DNA of 64,000 nt, from the NCBI GenBank assembly GCA_038087875.1, contig CM075995.1, forward strand, positions 6,884,001 through 6,948,000. Reading direction: 5' to 3'. The translations under genes and the position numbers were made by a program. The notes beneath the pieces were generated by a model. It saw nothing but the letters and a program-made list of their open reading frames with translations, had not been told where the DNA came from and did no database searches. The stretch is from Malacoraja senta. Taxonomy: Eukaryota. Position 1 is the stretch's first letter; every line of letters begins with the position of its first letter. Below, one piece after another: positions 24,897 to 38,164 of this stretch.

Positions 24897-25745
24897 AGGG
24901 GCGCCGCATTGAAGGCGGCCTCTGCCTACAGTCTGTCTGTTTTTTCTATCTTTTTAATGTAAGTTTGTCTTAAAAGTGTGTTTTGGAGTTTCTTTACTTT
25001 TTCTATGTGGGGGAGGGGGAAGGGTAAGGGGGGAACCGTTTCCCAGTCACTTCCTGGCGAGGATGCGACTATTTCTCCGAGTCGCGTCCTCGCACCCTCT
25101 GGATTGGAGCGGCCTTTTCTGCCGGGGACCGGGGACCGGACCAAAGCTTCAGCAGCGGAGTCGCAGCGTTGGATTCACCGCGGAGCGGAGCGATGCCTGC
25201 CTGGATCGCTATTTGAAGCTCCGGAGTGCTGGGCTCGCTGCTCCAACATCGCGGAGCTGAGGTTTGAAGAGCTCCCAACGCGGGCGTCGTTGACCAACAT
25301 CGTGGAGTCCTGGGACCCTTTGCCGAGGGCCGCCAGCGTGAATCTCTGCCCAGCAAGGCCTGTGGACTCCGGGAGCCGCGGACTCTGGTAGGAAGCGGCC
25401 GATTCGGAGGTCCAAGCTGCTGAGGTTGTTCTCCCGTTCCAACGTCGGAGCTCCAGCACCCCGGCGAGTGGGCCTGAATATCGGGCCACCCGTAGTGGCG
25501 ACTGCGGAGGGCTAGGGAGGCCCCGACCACGGGTGAACATTAAGAACAGCAGAGGAAGAGGACTGACTTTACTGACTTTGGTGCCTTCCCTCACAGTGGG
25601 AAACTTTGATTCTGCTGTGTGGGGATATTTTTATGTTGGACTCTATCGTGCGTTGTATACTTTATTTTATTTGTATGGCTGTATGGTGACCACACATTTC
25701 ACTGTTCACACACACAAATAAATGTCTCTTGTAATCATGTAATCT
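24897..25745 (+). mobile_element. GC-rich non-coding retroposon, about 850 bp
   Basis: Collinear with 39435-40293; interrupts a CR1 fragment; short tandem 3' tail. Confidence 0.7.
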
Positions 25746-26699
25746 TGGTCCTAGACTCTCCCACTAGTGGAAACATCCTCTCCACACCCACTCTATCCAG
25801 GCCTTTCACTATTCAGTAAGTTTCAATGAGGTGCCCCCCCATCCTTCTAAACTCCAGCAAGTACAGCCCAGTGCCATCAGAAGCTCATCAGAAATTAACC
25901 CACTCCTCCCACCTCCCCCCCCCTCCCAATCTTTGCACATCCCCAAATCCTTTCCACTCGTCACTTTAATTTCCCGTTTCATGGATTTTGTGCTTTTATG
26001 ACTGTTGGCAGATCAATTTCCCTCCTTTTGACCAAAAAATATTTACAGTACAAAATAAAACAAAACAAAACCCGCCACTATAATACAAGACAAACAAATA
26101 TACTAAATAAACTATTATACAACTATATTACAATCCTTAATGAGGATTTCCACCCCACGCGGAGCCCAACGGTCCCGGAAATCCCCCAGGGCGCCCGTCG
26201 ACCGTGCGACAATTTCCCTCCTGGGATAAGTAAAGTTATATTGTATCATATCGTAAAACTGCCCACCAGCCTGTTGATAAAAGTTATCGGCTGTGCAGTT
26301 AACTATTGTACGTTCTCCCCGTGACCTGCGTGGGTTTTCTCCGGCAGCTCCGGTTTCTTCCCACACTCCAAAGTACGTACAGGTTTTGTAGGTTAATTGG
26401 CGTCTGTAAATTGTCCCTGATGTGTAGAATAGTGCTGGCGAACGGGGTGATCGCTGGTCAGCGCAGACCCAGTGTTTCCGGGCTGTATCTTTAAAGTCTA
26501 AAGTCTAAAGCAGTCTGCGGGCTTTGCATGTTTTCCCGGTGACCAAATAACTTTTCCCCGGGTGCTCCGGTTTCTTCCCACATCCCAAAGCGGTGTGAGT
26601 GGGTAGTTTAATTTAGTTTATTGTCATGTGGCTTTTGGACAGGCACATGGAAATGCAGGGACTGATGCGATAAGTTTAACTTGGCATCATGTTCGGCAC

Positions 26700-27220
26700 T
26701 AGGGTTGCCAACTTTCTCACTCGTAAATAAGGGACAAAAGTAAAAATAAGGGACGAATTCCCGACGGCAATTCGTTGACCGACTCGGCCGTGGCTGGGTG
26801 AATGATGAGTTGGCCCGGGTGCTGGACTGCACACAAAGCCCTGCCGGCGGGCCAGCTGAGGAGTTTTGGCCTGTGCCGCAGTTGCCTAAAAGTCCGGTAC
26901 CCCATCCAACTCATGAACCGTGATCGGCCATGAGAAGGAGGGGTGGTGGTGGCGGCGGTAAGCGAAGGTCCGAAGGTCGGACAGCTGACCGGGCTGCTGA
27001 CCGACAGGGCCACGGGCCAGGCGCTGCTGCTGCTGCACTCCATGGGCTGCACTATGTCGGGACAGGTGAGGCGGGGCCGGATGCGGCGCTCCGACCCAAC
27101 AGTCCCCTCGACCTGACTAGTAGCAGTCAAATACGGGACAAGTGCGGTCCCGTATGGGACAAACCAATTTAGCCCAATGTACTGGATGTCCCGGCTAATA
27201 CGGGACATTTGGCAACCCTA
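26700..27220. mobile_element. hAT-like MITE
   Basis: TIRs TAGGGTTGCCAA / TTGGCAACCCTA, repeated gggaca subterminal motifs and a decayed 8-bp TSD (ttcggcac/tttggaat). Confidence 0.7.
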
Positions 27221-27867
27221 TTTGGAATAGACATTGTGGGCCGAAGGGCCTATTTCTGTGCTGCTCCACTGCAAAATCTCCTCAAGGTTTGCCTACTTTG
27301 ATTCTCCTCCTTTCTCCGACAAGAGTTCTGCAACACCTTCTCTCGCTGCTCCCCCTCTGTGATTCCTCCTGATCTCCGATTCTATGAATCTCATTCCTTC
27401 TCTCCAGAGATGCTGCCTGGCCCGTTGAGTTGCTCCGGCATTTTGTGTATATATTCTCATGCTGGAACCTGTTTTCACCTAGACCACAGCTAACAATGGC
27501 CTGTATCCATTATCATCGTTACTTTTCTGCATATCTTTCATTCATTTGTTCTATAGCTCTCTATATCATTGTCTATATCTCTTGTTTCCCTTTCCCCTGA
27601 CTCTCAGTCAAAAGAAGGGTCTCGACCCGAAACGTCACCCATTCCTTCTTTCCAGAGATGCTGCCTGTCCCGAGTTACTCCAGCGTTTTGTGTCTATCTT
27701 CTGTACTGTTCTATGTCTAAGACCAGATGAGAACATATCATGGCCTTCATGGATTCAGTGAGAAGGCTTGGTTCAGGAATAGAGGACAATAACCTAGCTC
27801 ACAAATCCAAATCTTGAGATCAATATAAACCATCGGTCCACTTCTCCATTACGACACCAGTTCCAAA

Positions 27868-29070
27868 TGGGCCTGTCCCATTTAGGCGATTTTTTTAGGC
27901 AATTACAGGCGACTGGTTTGTAGTCACATGTTCGCCGGTGGTCGCTGGGAGTAGTCTCCTCAGTCGCCCAAAAGTCGTAGCGTCTTTCTGGTCGCTGCTA
28001 AATTTTCAAGTTGAGAAATTTGTCGGCGACAGTGGGCTTGACGCCAATGAGCGTAGCTTGACTTCTCCTGATATAGGTGCTGTCGTAGGTTATCGCCAGG
28101 ATGACCCATGTACTGAGCCCCATGCTCTACTTCCTTTTCACAGACGACTGTGTTCCTGCATTCGACACCAACACCATCGTCATTTCGCAGACGACACAAC
28201 GGTGATCGGGCTGATCACCAACGGTGATGAAACAAACTACAGAGCGGAGGTGCAGAACCTGGCGGACTGGTGCTCACGTAACAACTTGTCCCTAAACACC
28301 TCCAAGACCAAGGAGCTGATTATCGACTTCAGGAGGACACAAAATGGGGAATACGCCCCAATCTCTATCAACGGGGACAGTAACGACTGTTCTTCCTAAG
28401 AACATTGAAAAAGACTGGTCTGCCCCAACAGCTGCTGACAACCTTCTACCGCTGCACCACAGAGAGCATCCTAACATATGGCATCTCTGTGTGGTATCTC
28501 AGCTGCACGGAGGCGGAGAGGAGAGCTCTTCAGCGGGTCGTCCACAGAGCGCAGAAGATTATTGGGACACAGCTACCAGCCTTGGAGGGCATCTACTACA
28601 CACGGTGCCTCAGGAAGGCTGTCAGCATCCACAAAAACTCCTCACATCCTTGTAATGGTCTGTTCAAACTCCTACCTTCCGGCAGACGTTACAAGGCCTT
28701 CTACGCCCGCACTCTCCAGACTCAGGAACAGCTTCATCCCCAGATCTATCGCTGCTCTGAACCGGCCCTGCTGAGTGCCCCCCCCCCCCACCCCCATGAA
28801 CTGTATTCAAGCACATCGACCCGGCACAGACATATTTGCACTTTAGACTGTTTTACTGTTCTTTTTTAAAATATAAATCATGTTTCTCGGGGATCTAAAT
28901 GTTATTAGTTTAAGTTATGACTCGGATGGAAGCTGCATACCAAATCTCGTTGCACCTATGTGCAATGACAATAAAAGAAATTATTATTATTATTATTGTT
29001 ATTATTATAAGTTGTCGCCGTTTTTTCAGCGACCTGCTACCACTATGACAGTGGCCAGCAGTTGCCTAAA
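27868..29070. mobile_element. Harbinger-like MITE remnant interrupted by Rex1
   Basis: Left end tgggcctgtcccatttaggcg matches the MITE at 37350; the right part resumes after the Rex1 tail at about 29010. Confidence 0.6.
28105..29010 (+). mobile_element. Rex1/Babar LINE 3' fragment
   Basis: FADDTTVIGLI, LNTSKTKELIIDFRR and FYRCTTESILT motifs; (tta)n tail. Confidence 0.88.
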
Positions 29071-29159
29071 AACGACTTCAAGGCATTCGCTGGTCTGTGC
29101 ATTTGCCACATATAAATAGTGGCACTGCATCGTAAATAATTCTCCGGGTCGAGAGTGCA

Positions 29160-29712
29160 TTCATATACAAAAAGACGTTATAAAAATGAAAGATGGCTTA
29201 ATAACGGCAAAAAAACTTATACTGAAATTTTGGAAAAACGCTCCCACGCCAACGACAAAAATGTGGATTTCTAATATGTCGGAATTGTTACACCTAGAAG
29301 ATATGAGATTCCTCTTAGCTGGTAAACCAGACCAATTCCAAAAGATTTGGTCTCCATTTATCGACATTACAAATATAGGGTGCAACAAAATGTTGATAAT
29401 AAATGGTTTCAGGACCTGGTGAGGGGTGAGTAAAGATATGAAGTAGGTACATCCCTTTTATCTTGTCTTATTTTATCTTACTTTTTTTTCTTTTTCCTTC
29501 TTTTGGTTTTTCTCTTTTGTTTAACTTGTGGTTTAGGTCCATATGGGTTTTCCTGGACCACTCTTTCAATCACTCACTTACTATCTTTGCTAACTCTTTC
29601 TATCCTTTTTCTTATTAAAGTTTAAAATAAGAAGTGGTACAAGAAATGTATAATTTTATGTTTGTTTAAGATCACTGCACTGTACAATAGTTCTAATAAA
29701 AAAAGATAAAAA
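29160..29712 (+). mobile_element. 5'-truncated L1 (ORF2 C-terminus + 3'UTR + A-rich tail)
   Basis: Peptide TAKKLILKFWK..PT..MW...LHLEDMR...FQKIWSPF; T-rich UTR; AATAAA followed by an A tail. Confidence 0.75.
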
Positions 29713-29734
29713 TATATATATAAATGATGAAAGA

Positions 29735-30005
29735 TAGAGTTGCTTCCTCACAGCGCCAGAGACCCGGTTTCGACCCTGACTACCGGTGCTGTCAGTACGG
29801 AGTTTGCACATTGTCCCCTTGACTCGCGTGGATTTTCTCCGGATGCTCCGGTCTCCTCCCACATTCCCAATGTGTACAGGTTTGTAGGCTTCGGTAAAAT
29901 TGTAAGTTGTCCCTGGTCTGTGTGGGATAGCGTTAGTGTAAGGGGATCGCTGGTCGACGCAGACTTGGTGGGCCGAAGGGCTTAATTCTGCGCTGTATCT
30001 CTAAA
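29735..30005 (+). mobile_element. HE1-like tRNA-derived SINE
   Basis: tRNA-like head (ggtttcgaccc B box), conserved central domain and CR1-type tail. Confidence 0.75.
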
Positions 30006-30997
30006 GTCTAATATCTAACAGGGCGGGATAGAGTGAATGTGGAGAAGATGTTTCCACTAGAGGGAGAGTCGAGTACCAGAGGCCACAGCCTCAGAATAAA
30101 AAGACATACAAATATCTCTGACATTTGGAGAAGACATATGTGTGGAGGTGATGTTTCATAAGTTCATGAGTGATAGGAGCAGAATTAAGGCATTCTGCCC
30201 ATCAAGTCTACTCCACCATTCAATCATGGCTGATCTATCTCTCAGTCCAAACCCCATTCTCCTGTCTTCTCCCAGTAACTCCTGACCTCCGTACTAATGA
30301 AGAATCTGACAATCTCCGCCTTACAAATACCCATTGACTTGTCCTCCACAGCTTTTTTGGGGCAATGAATTCCACAGATTCACTGCCGTCTGGCTAAAGA
30401 AATTCCTCCTCATCTCCTTCCTAAAGGAACGTCCTTTAATTCTTAGGCTGTGACCTCTAGTCCTAGATTCTCCCACTAGTGGAAACATGTTTGCTAATAT
30501 TACCGGGAGTTGAGGTGGTACAGAGAGGATCAGGGCTCAGTGTGTTACGAAGCCTTTTTAATGTCGTATGCATGACATTAAACAGGACTGTCAGCACAGA
30601 AACAGCCCAACTGGTAATTAAGCTCGCCCGGATATTCGTCCCACCTCTTCGTCTCAACTATCAACATATCCTTCTGTTCCTTTCTCCCACGTGTGGTAAT
30701 CTCACTTCCCCTCCAGTTGCGTCTGTGGTCATCTCATTAACAACGAATGGTGGGCGTGAGTTCCGCATTTTAACGGCTGGAGGTGAAGCGGTCTCTCTTG
30801 AATTCCCTCTTGGAGAATCGTGAATGGCGATCTTATTCCTCTGACATCCAGTTGTGGACTTCACCACAAACACCTTCACACCCTCCAGCTCACTCTTAAA
30901 TGCGTTCTCTTCCAGAGAAATACCCTTCATCTTTCCAGCGAGAATAATAGTTTCCATTCTGGTGTCACAGTACGTAGAACATAGAACAGTACAGCAC

Positions 30998-31230
30998 AGG
31001 CGTGGTGGCGCAGCGGTAGAGTTGCTGCCTTACAGCGCCAGAGACCCGGGTTCTATCCTGACTATGGGTGCTGTCTGTATGGAGCTTGTACGTTCTCCCC
31101 ATGACCTGCGTGGGTTTTCTCCAGGTGCTCCGGTTTCCTCCCACACTCCAAAGATGTGCAGGCTTGTAGCTTAATTGACTTCTGCGAAATTGTAAACTTC
31201 TAGTTTCCCAATTGTAAACTGTCCCTATAT
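30998..31230 (+). mobile_element. HE1-like SINE (3'-truncated)
   Basis: A box tggcgcagcggtag and B-box-like gggttctatcc. Confidence 0.75.
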
Positions 31231-31684
31231 TTAGAAGTAACATGATCAAATTTTCTTTACTATGGCTGGTAGTTATTAGAGTCATAGAGTGATACAGCGT
31301 GGAAACAGGTCCTTCAGCTCAACGTGCCCACGCCGGCCAACATGTCCCAGTTACACGAGTCCCACCTGTCTGTGTTTGGCCCATATACCTCTAAACCTAT
31401 CCTATCCATGCACCTGTCTAACTGTTTCTCAAACGTTGCGATAGTCCCAGCCTCAACTACCTCCTCTGGCAGCTCGTTCCATACACCCACCATCCTTTGT
31501 GTGAAAAAGTTACCCCCTCAGGTTGCCATTAAATCTTTCTCCCCTCACCTTAAACCTGTGATCTATTATTCTGTGTAGGATAGTGCTAGTGTACAGGGGG
31601 GTCGTTGGTTGGCGCGGACTCAGTGGGCCGAAGGGCCTGATTCCGTTTTAGTTTAGTTTATTGTCACGTGTACTGAGGTGCATT

Positions 31685-32790
31685 GAAGGGTAGAGTGCTG
31701 ACATGGATAGAAAATTGGTTAGCAGACAGGAAACAAAGAGTAGGGATTAACGGGTCCCTTTCAGAATGGCAGGCAGTGACTAGTGGGGTACCGCAAGGCT
31801 CGGTGCTGGGACCGCAGCTATTTACAATATACATCAATGATTTAGATGAAGGGATTCAAAGTAACATTAGCAAATTTGCAGATGATACAAAGCTGGGTGG
31901 CAGTGTGAACTGTGAGGAGGATGCTATGAGGATGCAGAGTGACTTGGACAGGTTGGGTGAGTGGGCAGATGCATGGCAGATGCAGTTTAATGTGGATAAA
32001 TGTGAGGTTATCCACTTTGGAAGCCAAAACAGGAAGGCAGATTATTATCTAAATGGAGTCAAGTTGGGAAAAGGGGAAGTACAACAGGATCTGGGGGTCC
32101 TTGTTCATCAGTCAATGAAAGTAAGCATGCAGGTGCAGCAGGCAGTGAAGAAAGCGAATGGCATGTTGGCCTTCATAACAAGAGGAGGAGTATAGGAACA
32201 AAGAGGTCCTTCTGCTGTTGTACAGGGCCCTAGTGAGACCACACCTGGAGCATTGCGTGCAGTTTTGGTCCCCAAATTTGAGGAAAGACATTGAGGGAGT
32301 GCAGCGTAGGTTCACAAGGTTAGTTCCCGGGATGGCGGGAGAGTCATATGCTGGGAGAATGGAGCGGCTGGGCTTGTACACTCTGGAGTTTAGAAGGATG
32401 AGAGGGCATCTTATTGAAACATATAAGATTATTAAGGGTTTGGACACGCTAGAGGCAGGAAACATGTTCCCGATGTTGGGGGAATCTAGAACCGGGGGCC
32501 ACAGTTTAAGAATAAGGGGTAAGCCATTTAGAATGGAGATGAGGAAACACTTTTTCACACAGAGAGTTGTGAGTCTGTGGAATTCTCTGTCTCAGAGGGC
32601 GGTGGAGGCCGGTTTTCTGGATACTTTCAAGAGAGAGTTAGATAGGGCTCTTAAAGATAGCGGAGTCGGGATATGGGGAGAAGACAGGAACAGGGTACTG
32701 ATTGCGGATGATCAGCCATGATCACATTGAATGGCGGTGCTGGCTCGAATGGCTGAATGGCCTACTCCTGCACCTATTGTCTATTGTTTA
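31685..32790 (+). mobile_element. CR1 RT/C-terminal fragment with tail
   Basis: SGVPQGSVLGP, KFADDTK and RPHLEHCVQFWSP motifs; ctattgt tail. Confidence 0.92.
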
Positions 32791-32829
32791 TTGCGAGCAC
32801 TCTATCTCTAAAATTAGTTTAGTTTTGTT

Positions 32830-33125
32830 CAGAGATACATGGCGGAAACAGGCCCTTCGGCCCACAGAGTCCGCACCGACCAGCAATACCCGCACACTAA
32901 CACTATCCTACACACGCGGGACAATTTACACTTATACCAAGGCAATTAACCTATGAACCTGTACGTCATTGGAGCGTGGGAGGAAACCGAAGATCTCGGA
33001 CAAAACCCACAGGATCACGGGGAGGACGTGCAAACTCCGTACAGACAGCACCCGTAGACGGGATCGAACCGGGGTCTCTGGTGCTGTAAGGCAGCAACTT
33101 TACCGCTGTGCCACCATGCTGCCTA
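32830..33125 (-). mobile_element. HE1-like SINE, full length
   Basis: Reverse complement shows A and B boxes, central domain and tail. Confidence 0.8.
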
Positions 33126-33556
33126 AACTAAACTAAACACCTCCGACAGTACAGGGTACCCGTATTGTGGTTCTGTGTGTTTTGGGAACAGCGAGAGCTT
33201 CTAAATATCGTCACCACAAATGAGCAGCTTTCAAATCCTGCCAGTTCTAGGTCGACGCGGAAAAGCAGTAATTATCTCATCATTCTCCTCTGAGCCCGTG
33301 ATTACTTGATTATAGATTATGTGTTCCTTCATTTCACAACCACCGCCATGTTGTCTTTCCACTTGAACTAATGATGCCTCTTTGTGATGAAACTGTGCCA
33401 CAGAGAGAATATAGACCCACTAAAAGGATGTCGTCTCATCACACCTGTTGCCTCAGCTGTTGGTTTAGTTTAGCTCCGTTCGTTATTGTCATGTGTACCG
33501 AGGTACAGTGAAAAGCTTTTTGTCTGCGTGCTATCCAGTCAAAGAGAAGACTACAC

Positions 33557-33925
33557 TTAAGATTGTTACGGGCTTGGACACACTAGAGGCAGGAAACATG
33601 TTCCCGATGTTGGGGGAGTCCGGAACCAGGGGCCACAGTTTAAGAATAAGGAGTAAGCCATTTAGAACGGAGACGAGGAAACACTTTTTCTCACAGAGAG
33701 TGGTGAGTCTGTGGAATTCTCTGCCTCAGAAGGCGGTGGAGGCAGGTTCTCTGGATGCTTTCAAGAGAGAGCTAGATAGGGCTCTTAAAAATAGCGGAGT
33801 CAGGGGATATGGGGAGAAGGCAGGAACGGGGTACTGATTGGGGATGATCAGCCATGATCACATTGAATGGCGGTGCTGGCTCGAAGGGCTGAATGGCCTA
33901 CTCCTGCACCTATTGTCTATTGTCT
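33557..33925 (+). mobile_element. CR1 3' fragment
   Basis: Peptide FFSQRVVSLWNSLP plus tail. Confidence 0.85.
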
Positions 33926-34772
33926 ACACATGATTACACACAGTACTGCACTATAATTGTTTTTTTATTGAGTATGTGCTTATGTGTGTATACACACACT
34001 GAACTTTTTTCTCTCTCCCGTTATGTACTATGTTTACATATTCTGTTGTGCTACAGCAAGTAAGAATTTAATTGTGCTATCTGGGACACATGACAATAAA
34101 ACACTCTTGACTCTTGACTTGAACCAGTCTGAAGAAGGGTCTCGACCCGAAACGCCACTCATTCCTTCTCTTCAGAGATGCTGCCTGTCCCGCTGATTTA
34201 CTCCAGCTTTTTGTATCTATCTTTGGTTTAAACCTGCACCTGCAGTTCCTTCCTGCACATGATTACAATGAATGCCTGACTCGCTGAGTTCCTCCAACTT
34301 TTTGTGTCTATCCAGCTTTTTGTGTCTTTTTGCAGCCAAGAATAATCCATTCTACATTTTCCTTGAACCGCATCTCCTTTGATGTCTCGTTTTCACACCT
34401 TACACTTCCTTATCTCTGTGTCCCCGGCTCTCGGTCTGAAGAAGGGTCTTGACCCAAAACGTCACCCATTCCTTTTCTCCAGAGATGCTGCCAGTCACGC
34501 TGAGTTACTCCAGCTTTTTGTGTCCATTTTGGAGGAACAGCACCTCATATTTCGCTTGGGCAGCTTACAACCCAGTGGTATAAATATTCAAGATAGACAT
34601 AGGCCCAAACCCAAAATGTTACACTGAAAGTGTCTCCAGAGATGCTGCCTGACCTGCTACGTTTTTCCAGCACTATAAAAAAAAAATCCTCCCTCAAAAA
34701 ATTGAATGGGTCGGCAGGTGAGGATGTGATGTGCAGCATGGAGGTCCTACTGCAGTTGTACAGGGCCCTGCT

Positions 34773-36035
34773 AATGAATGAATGAATGAATGAATACGTT
34801 TATGAATAAGCTTATTGGCCAAGTATTCACATACAAGGAATTTGCCTTGGTGCTCCGCCATACAGTGACAGTTAGAAATGACACATAAAACATTAAACAT
34901 TAATAATAAAACATTATTGATTAAACATGTGAATTAAATAAAATACCAGAGCAAAAGGAGGCTACAGATTTTTGGTTATTGAGTAAAGCTACTTACTACT
35001 CGTGGAAAAAGCTGTTTTTTGTCTGGCTGTGGCAGCTTTGACAGTCCGGAGTCGCCTTCCAGAGGGAAGTGATTCAAAGAGTTTGTGGCCAGGGTGAGAG
35101 GGGTCAGAGATGATCTTGCCCGCTCGCTTCCTGGCCCTTGCAGTGTACAGTTCCTCAATGAAGGGAAGGTTGCAGCCAATAACCTCAGCTGATCGGACAA
35201 TTCGCTGCAGCCTCTGGATGTCGTGCTTGGTGGCTGAGCCAAACCAGACCATGATGGAGAAGGTGAGGACAGACTCTACGATGGCCGTGTAGAATTGGAC
35301 CATCATTGCATGTGGCAGATTGTGCTTCCTCAGCTGCCGCAGGAAGTACATCCTCTGTTGTGCCTTTTTGACCGTGGAGTCGATGGTAGGTACTTGGGTA
35401 CTTGGAGATGATGGTTCCCAGGAACTTAAAAGACTCCACAGAGGGAGCTCTCTTAAAGTCCACAATCAATTCCACTGTCTTAAGAGCATTGAGCTCTAGG
35501 TTGTTGCTACGGCACCAGGACACCAGCTGTGTCACTTCCTGTCTGTAGGCAGATTCCTCCCCATCCTGGATCAGTCCAATCAGGGTTGTGTGATCCGCAA
35601 ACTTGAGTAGCTTGACAGAGTCAGTGGAGGTACAGTCATTGGTGTAGAGAGAGTAGAGGAGAGGGGAGAGTACGCAACCTTGTGGTGTTCCTATGCTGAG
35701 GGTTTGCGGGTCCGAGATGTGCTTTCCCAGCCTCGCATGCTGCTTCCTGTCTGTCAGGAAGCTGGTGATCCACCGACAGAGGGGTTCAGGCACAGTCAAC
35801 TCGGAAAGTTTGGAGTGTAGTAGCTCTGGCACAATGGTGTTGAATGCAGAGCTAAATCAACAAGCAAAATCCTCACATAGGTCCCCTGGCGGTCTAGGTG
35901 CTGGAGGATGACGTGTAGGCCCAGGTTGACTGCGTCATCCACAGATAGACAATAGACAATAGGTGCAGGAGTAGGCCATTTGGCCCTTCGAGCCAGAGAT
36001 CTATTGGCCCGATATGCAAACTGCAGAGGGTCCAG
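34773..36035 (-). mobile_element. Rex1/Babar LINE RT fragment
   Basis: [36 protein letters not shown] and QQRMYFLRQL motifs; (aatg)n tail. Confidence 0.88.
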
Positions 36036-36039
36036 CAAG

Positions 36040-36610
36040 GGGTAAGACCACAGCTGGAGTATTGTGTGTAGTTTTGGTCTCCTAGTTTGAGGAAGGACAT
36101 TCTTGCTATTGAGGGAGTGCAGCGTAGGTTCACAAGGTTAATTCCCGGGATAGCGGGACTGACATGTGGTGAAAGAATGGAGCGACTGGACTTACATTCA
36201 CTGGAATTTAGAAGGATGAGACGTAATATCATAGAAACATATAAAATTCTTAAGGGATTGGACAGGCTAGATGCAGGAAAAAAGTTCCCGATCTTGGGGG
36301 AAGTCCAGAACCAGGGATCAGGGGTTAAGAATGTGCCTTTTAGGACTGAGATGAGGAAAAACCTTTTCACCCAGAGAGTTGTGAATCTGTGGAACTTTCT
36401 GCCACAGAAGGCAGTGGAGGCCAATTCACTGGATGTTTTCAAGAGAGACTTAGATTTAGCTCTGAGGGCTAACGGAATCATGGGATATGGGGAGAAAGCA
36501 GGAACGGGGTACTGATTTTGAATGATCAGCCATGATCATATTGAATGACGGTGCTGGCTCGAAGGGCCGAGTGGCCTATTCCTGCACCTATTTTCTATGT
36601 TTCTATGTTT
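36040..36610 (+). mobile_element. CR1 3' fragment
   Basis: Peptide [14 protein letters not shown]...FTQRVVNLWN. Confidence 0.85.
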
Positions 36611-37349
36611 CTAACCAGTCAAAGAGAAGACTGCATGTGACTACAATGAATGCCTGCCCCGCTGAGGTACTCCAGCTTTTTGTGTCTTCCCTGATTCTCA
36701 GTCTGAAGAAGGGTCTCAACCCGAATCGGTGCAAGTGCTGGCTCGAAGGGCCCAATGGCCTGCTCCTGCGCCTATTTTCTATGTTTTCTATGAATCATCA
36801 CCTATTCCTTTTCTCCAGAGATGCTGCCTGTCTGCTGAGTTACTCCAGCTTTTTGAATCTATATTGGAGGAACAGCGCATCATATTTCGCTTGAGCAGCT
36901 TACAACCCAGCGGTATGAACAGTGATATCTCTAACTTTAAGTAACCTGCGCATCCCCTTTCTCTCCATCCCTCCCCCACCCGAGTTGTCGTACTAGTTTC
37001 GCTGTCGTGTTGAGCTTCACTGTCTGTATAACTCGTTATCACCTAGCCCACAGCCAACAACAGACTATTTGTGGGCTCCACCTTTCCTTGATCATCGTTG
37101 TTTTTTGTATATCTTTCATTCATTTGTTCTATGTGCCGTTTATATCTCTCATTTCTCTTTCCCCTGACTCTCACTCCGAAGAAGGGTCTCGACCCGAAAC
37201 GACACCTGAGAATAGAAAGCTTGATGCATCTAACCTCACTCTGAGACCTACACGTTAGCTTAACTGGGAGTGTTTAGTTCAGTATAGTTTAGAGATACAG
37301 CGCGGAAACAGGCCCATCGACCCACCGCCCAGAGATCGTCGCACACTAA

Positions 37350-37900
37350 TGCCCCTGTCCCACTTAGGCGATTTTTTAGGCGACTACAGGCAACTAGGCT
37401 GTCGCCTGTATGGTCGTGAGTAGTCTCTTCAGTCGCCGAAAGAATCGTGGCATTTATCTGGTCGCCCCAGGATTTTGAAATGTTCAAAACTTTTCGGCGA
37501 CAGTCGGCGACAGTTGGCTTGTCGTAGGTTGTCGCCAGGATGACGTAGGTTGTCGCTGGTGCTGACTTCGTTGAATTCCATTGGCGACTACCTACGTCAA
37601 CCTACGTCAACTGCGACAGGCATCGGCGACTGAATTGTCTTTAGTTGTCTTCAGTTGTCGCCGACAGGGTCGTACCTTGTCGTAGCTTGTCGCGGATGGA
37701 TGTGGGTTGTCGTAGGTGGACGTCCTAATGGGTTGCCAGTTGTCGGCAGAGTTTGTAGTAGCTTGACGTCGACTAGGTGGTAAGGTTGTTGTAGACAATG
37801 TCGTAGACTTTGTCGTAGGGGGATCCAGTCGCTGATTTTTTGGCGACGTGCTACGACTATGACAGTCGCCGAAAAAAATCGCCTAAGTGGGACAGGCCCA
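37350..37900. mobile_element. PIF/Harbinger-like MITE with TAA TSD, inside a SINE
   Basis: TAA|TGCCCCTGTCCCACTTAGGCG ... CGCCTAAGTGGGACAGGCCCA|TAA. Confidence 0.85.
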
Positions 37901-38164
37901 TAACACTATCCTACACACACCAGGAGGAAAATTTACAATTTAATCAAAAAAAACCTATGTACATCTTTGGAAGAAACTGGAGCACCTGGAGAAAACCCAC
38001 GCAGGTCACGGGGAGAACGTACAAACTCTGCACAGACAAGCACCCGCAGTCTCTGCCTCTGTAAGGCAGCAGCTCTACCAGCTGCGCCACTGTGCTGTTT
38101 CTTTGTACTAAATGCTGTACCCATTATCCTTTATCTGTGCACGATGGATGGCTTGATTGTATTG

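Noticed and set aside
30480..30965. 98-aa minus-strand and 114-aa plus-strand ORFs in unique sequence
   Set aside because: No recognisable motif or convincing splice pair; cannot be supported without a search.
30998..31075. tRNA gene
   Set aside because: tRNA-like head of a multi-copy SINE, followed by the SINE central domain.
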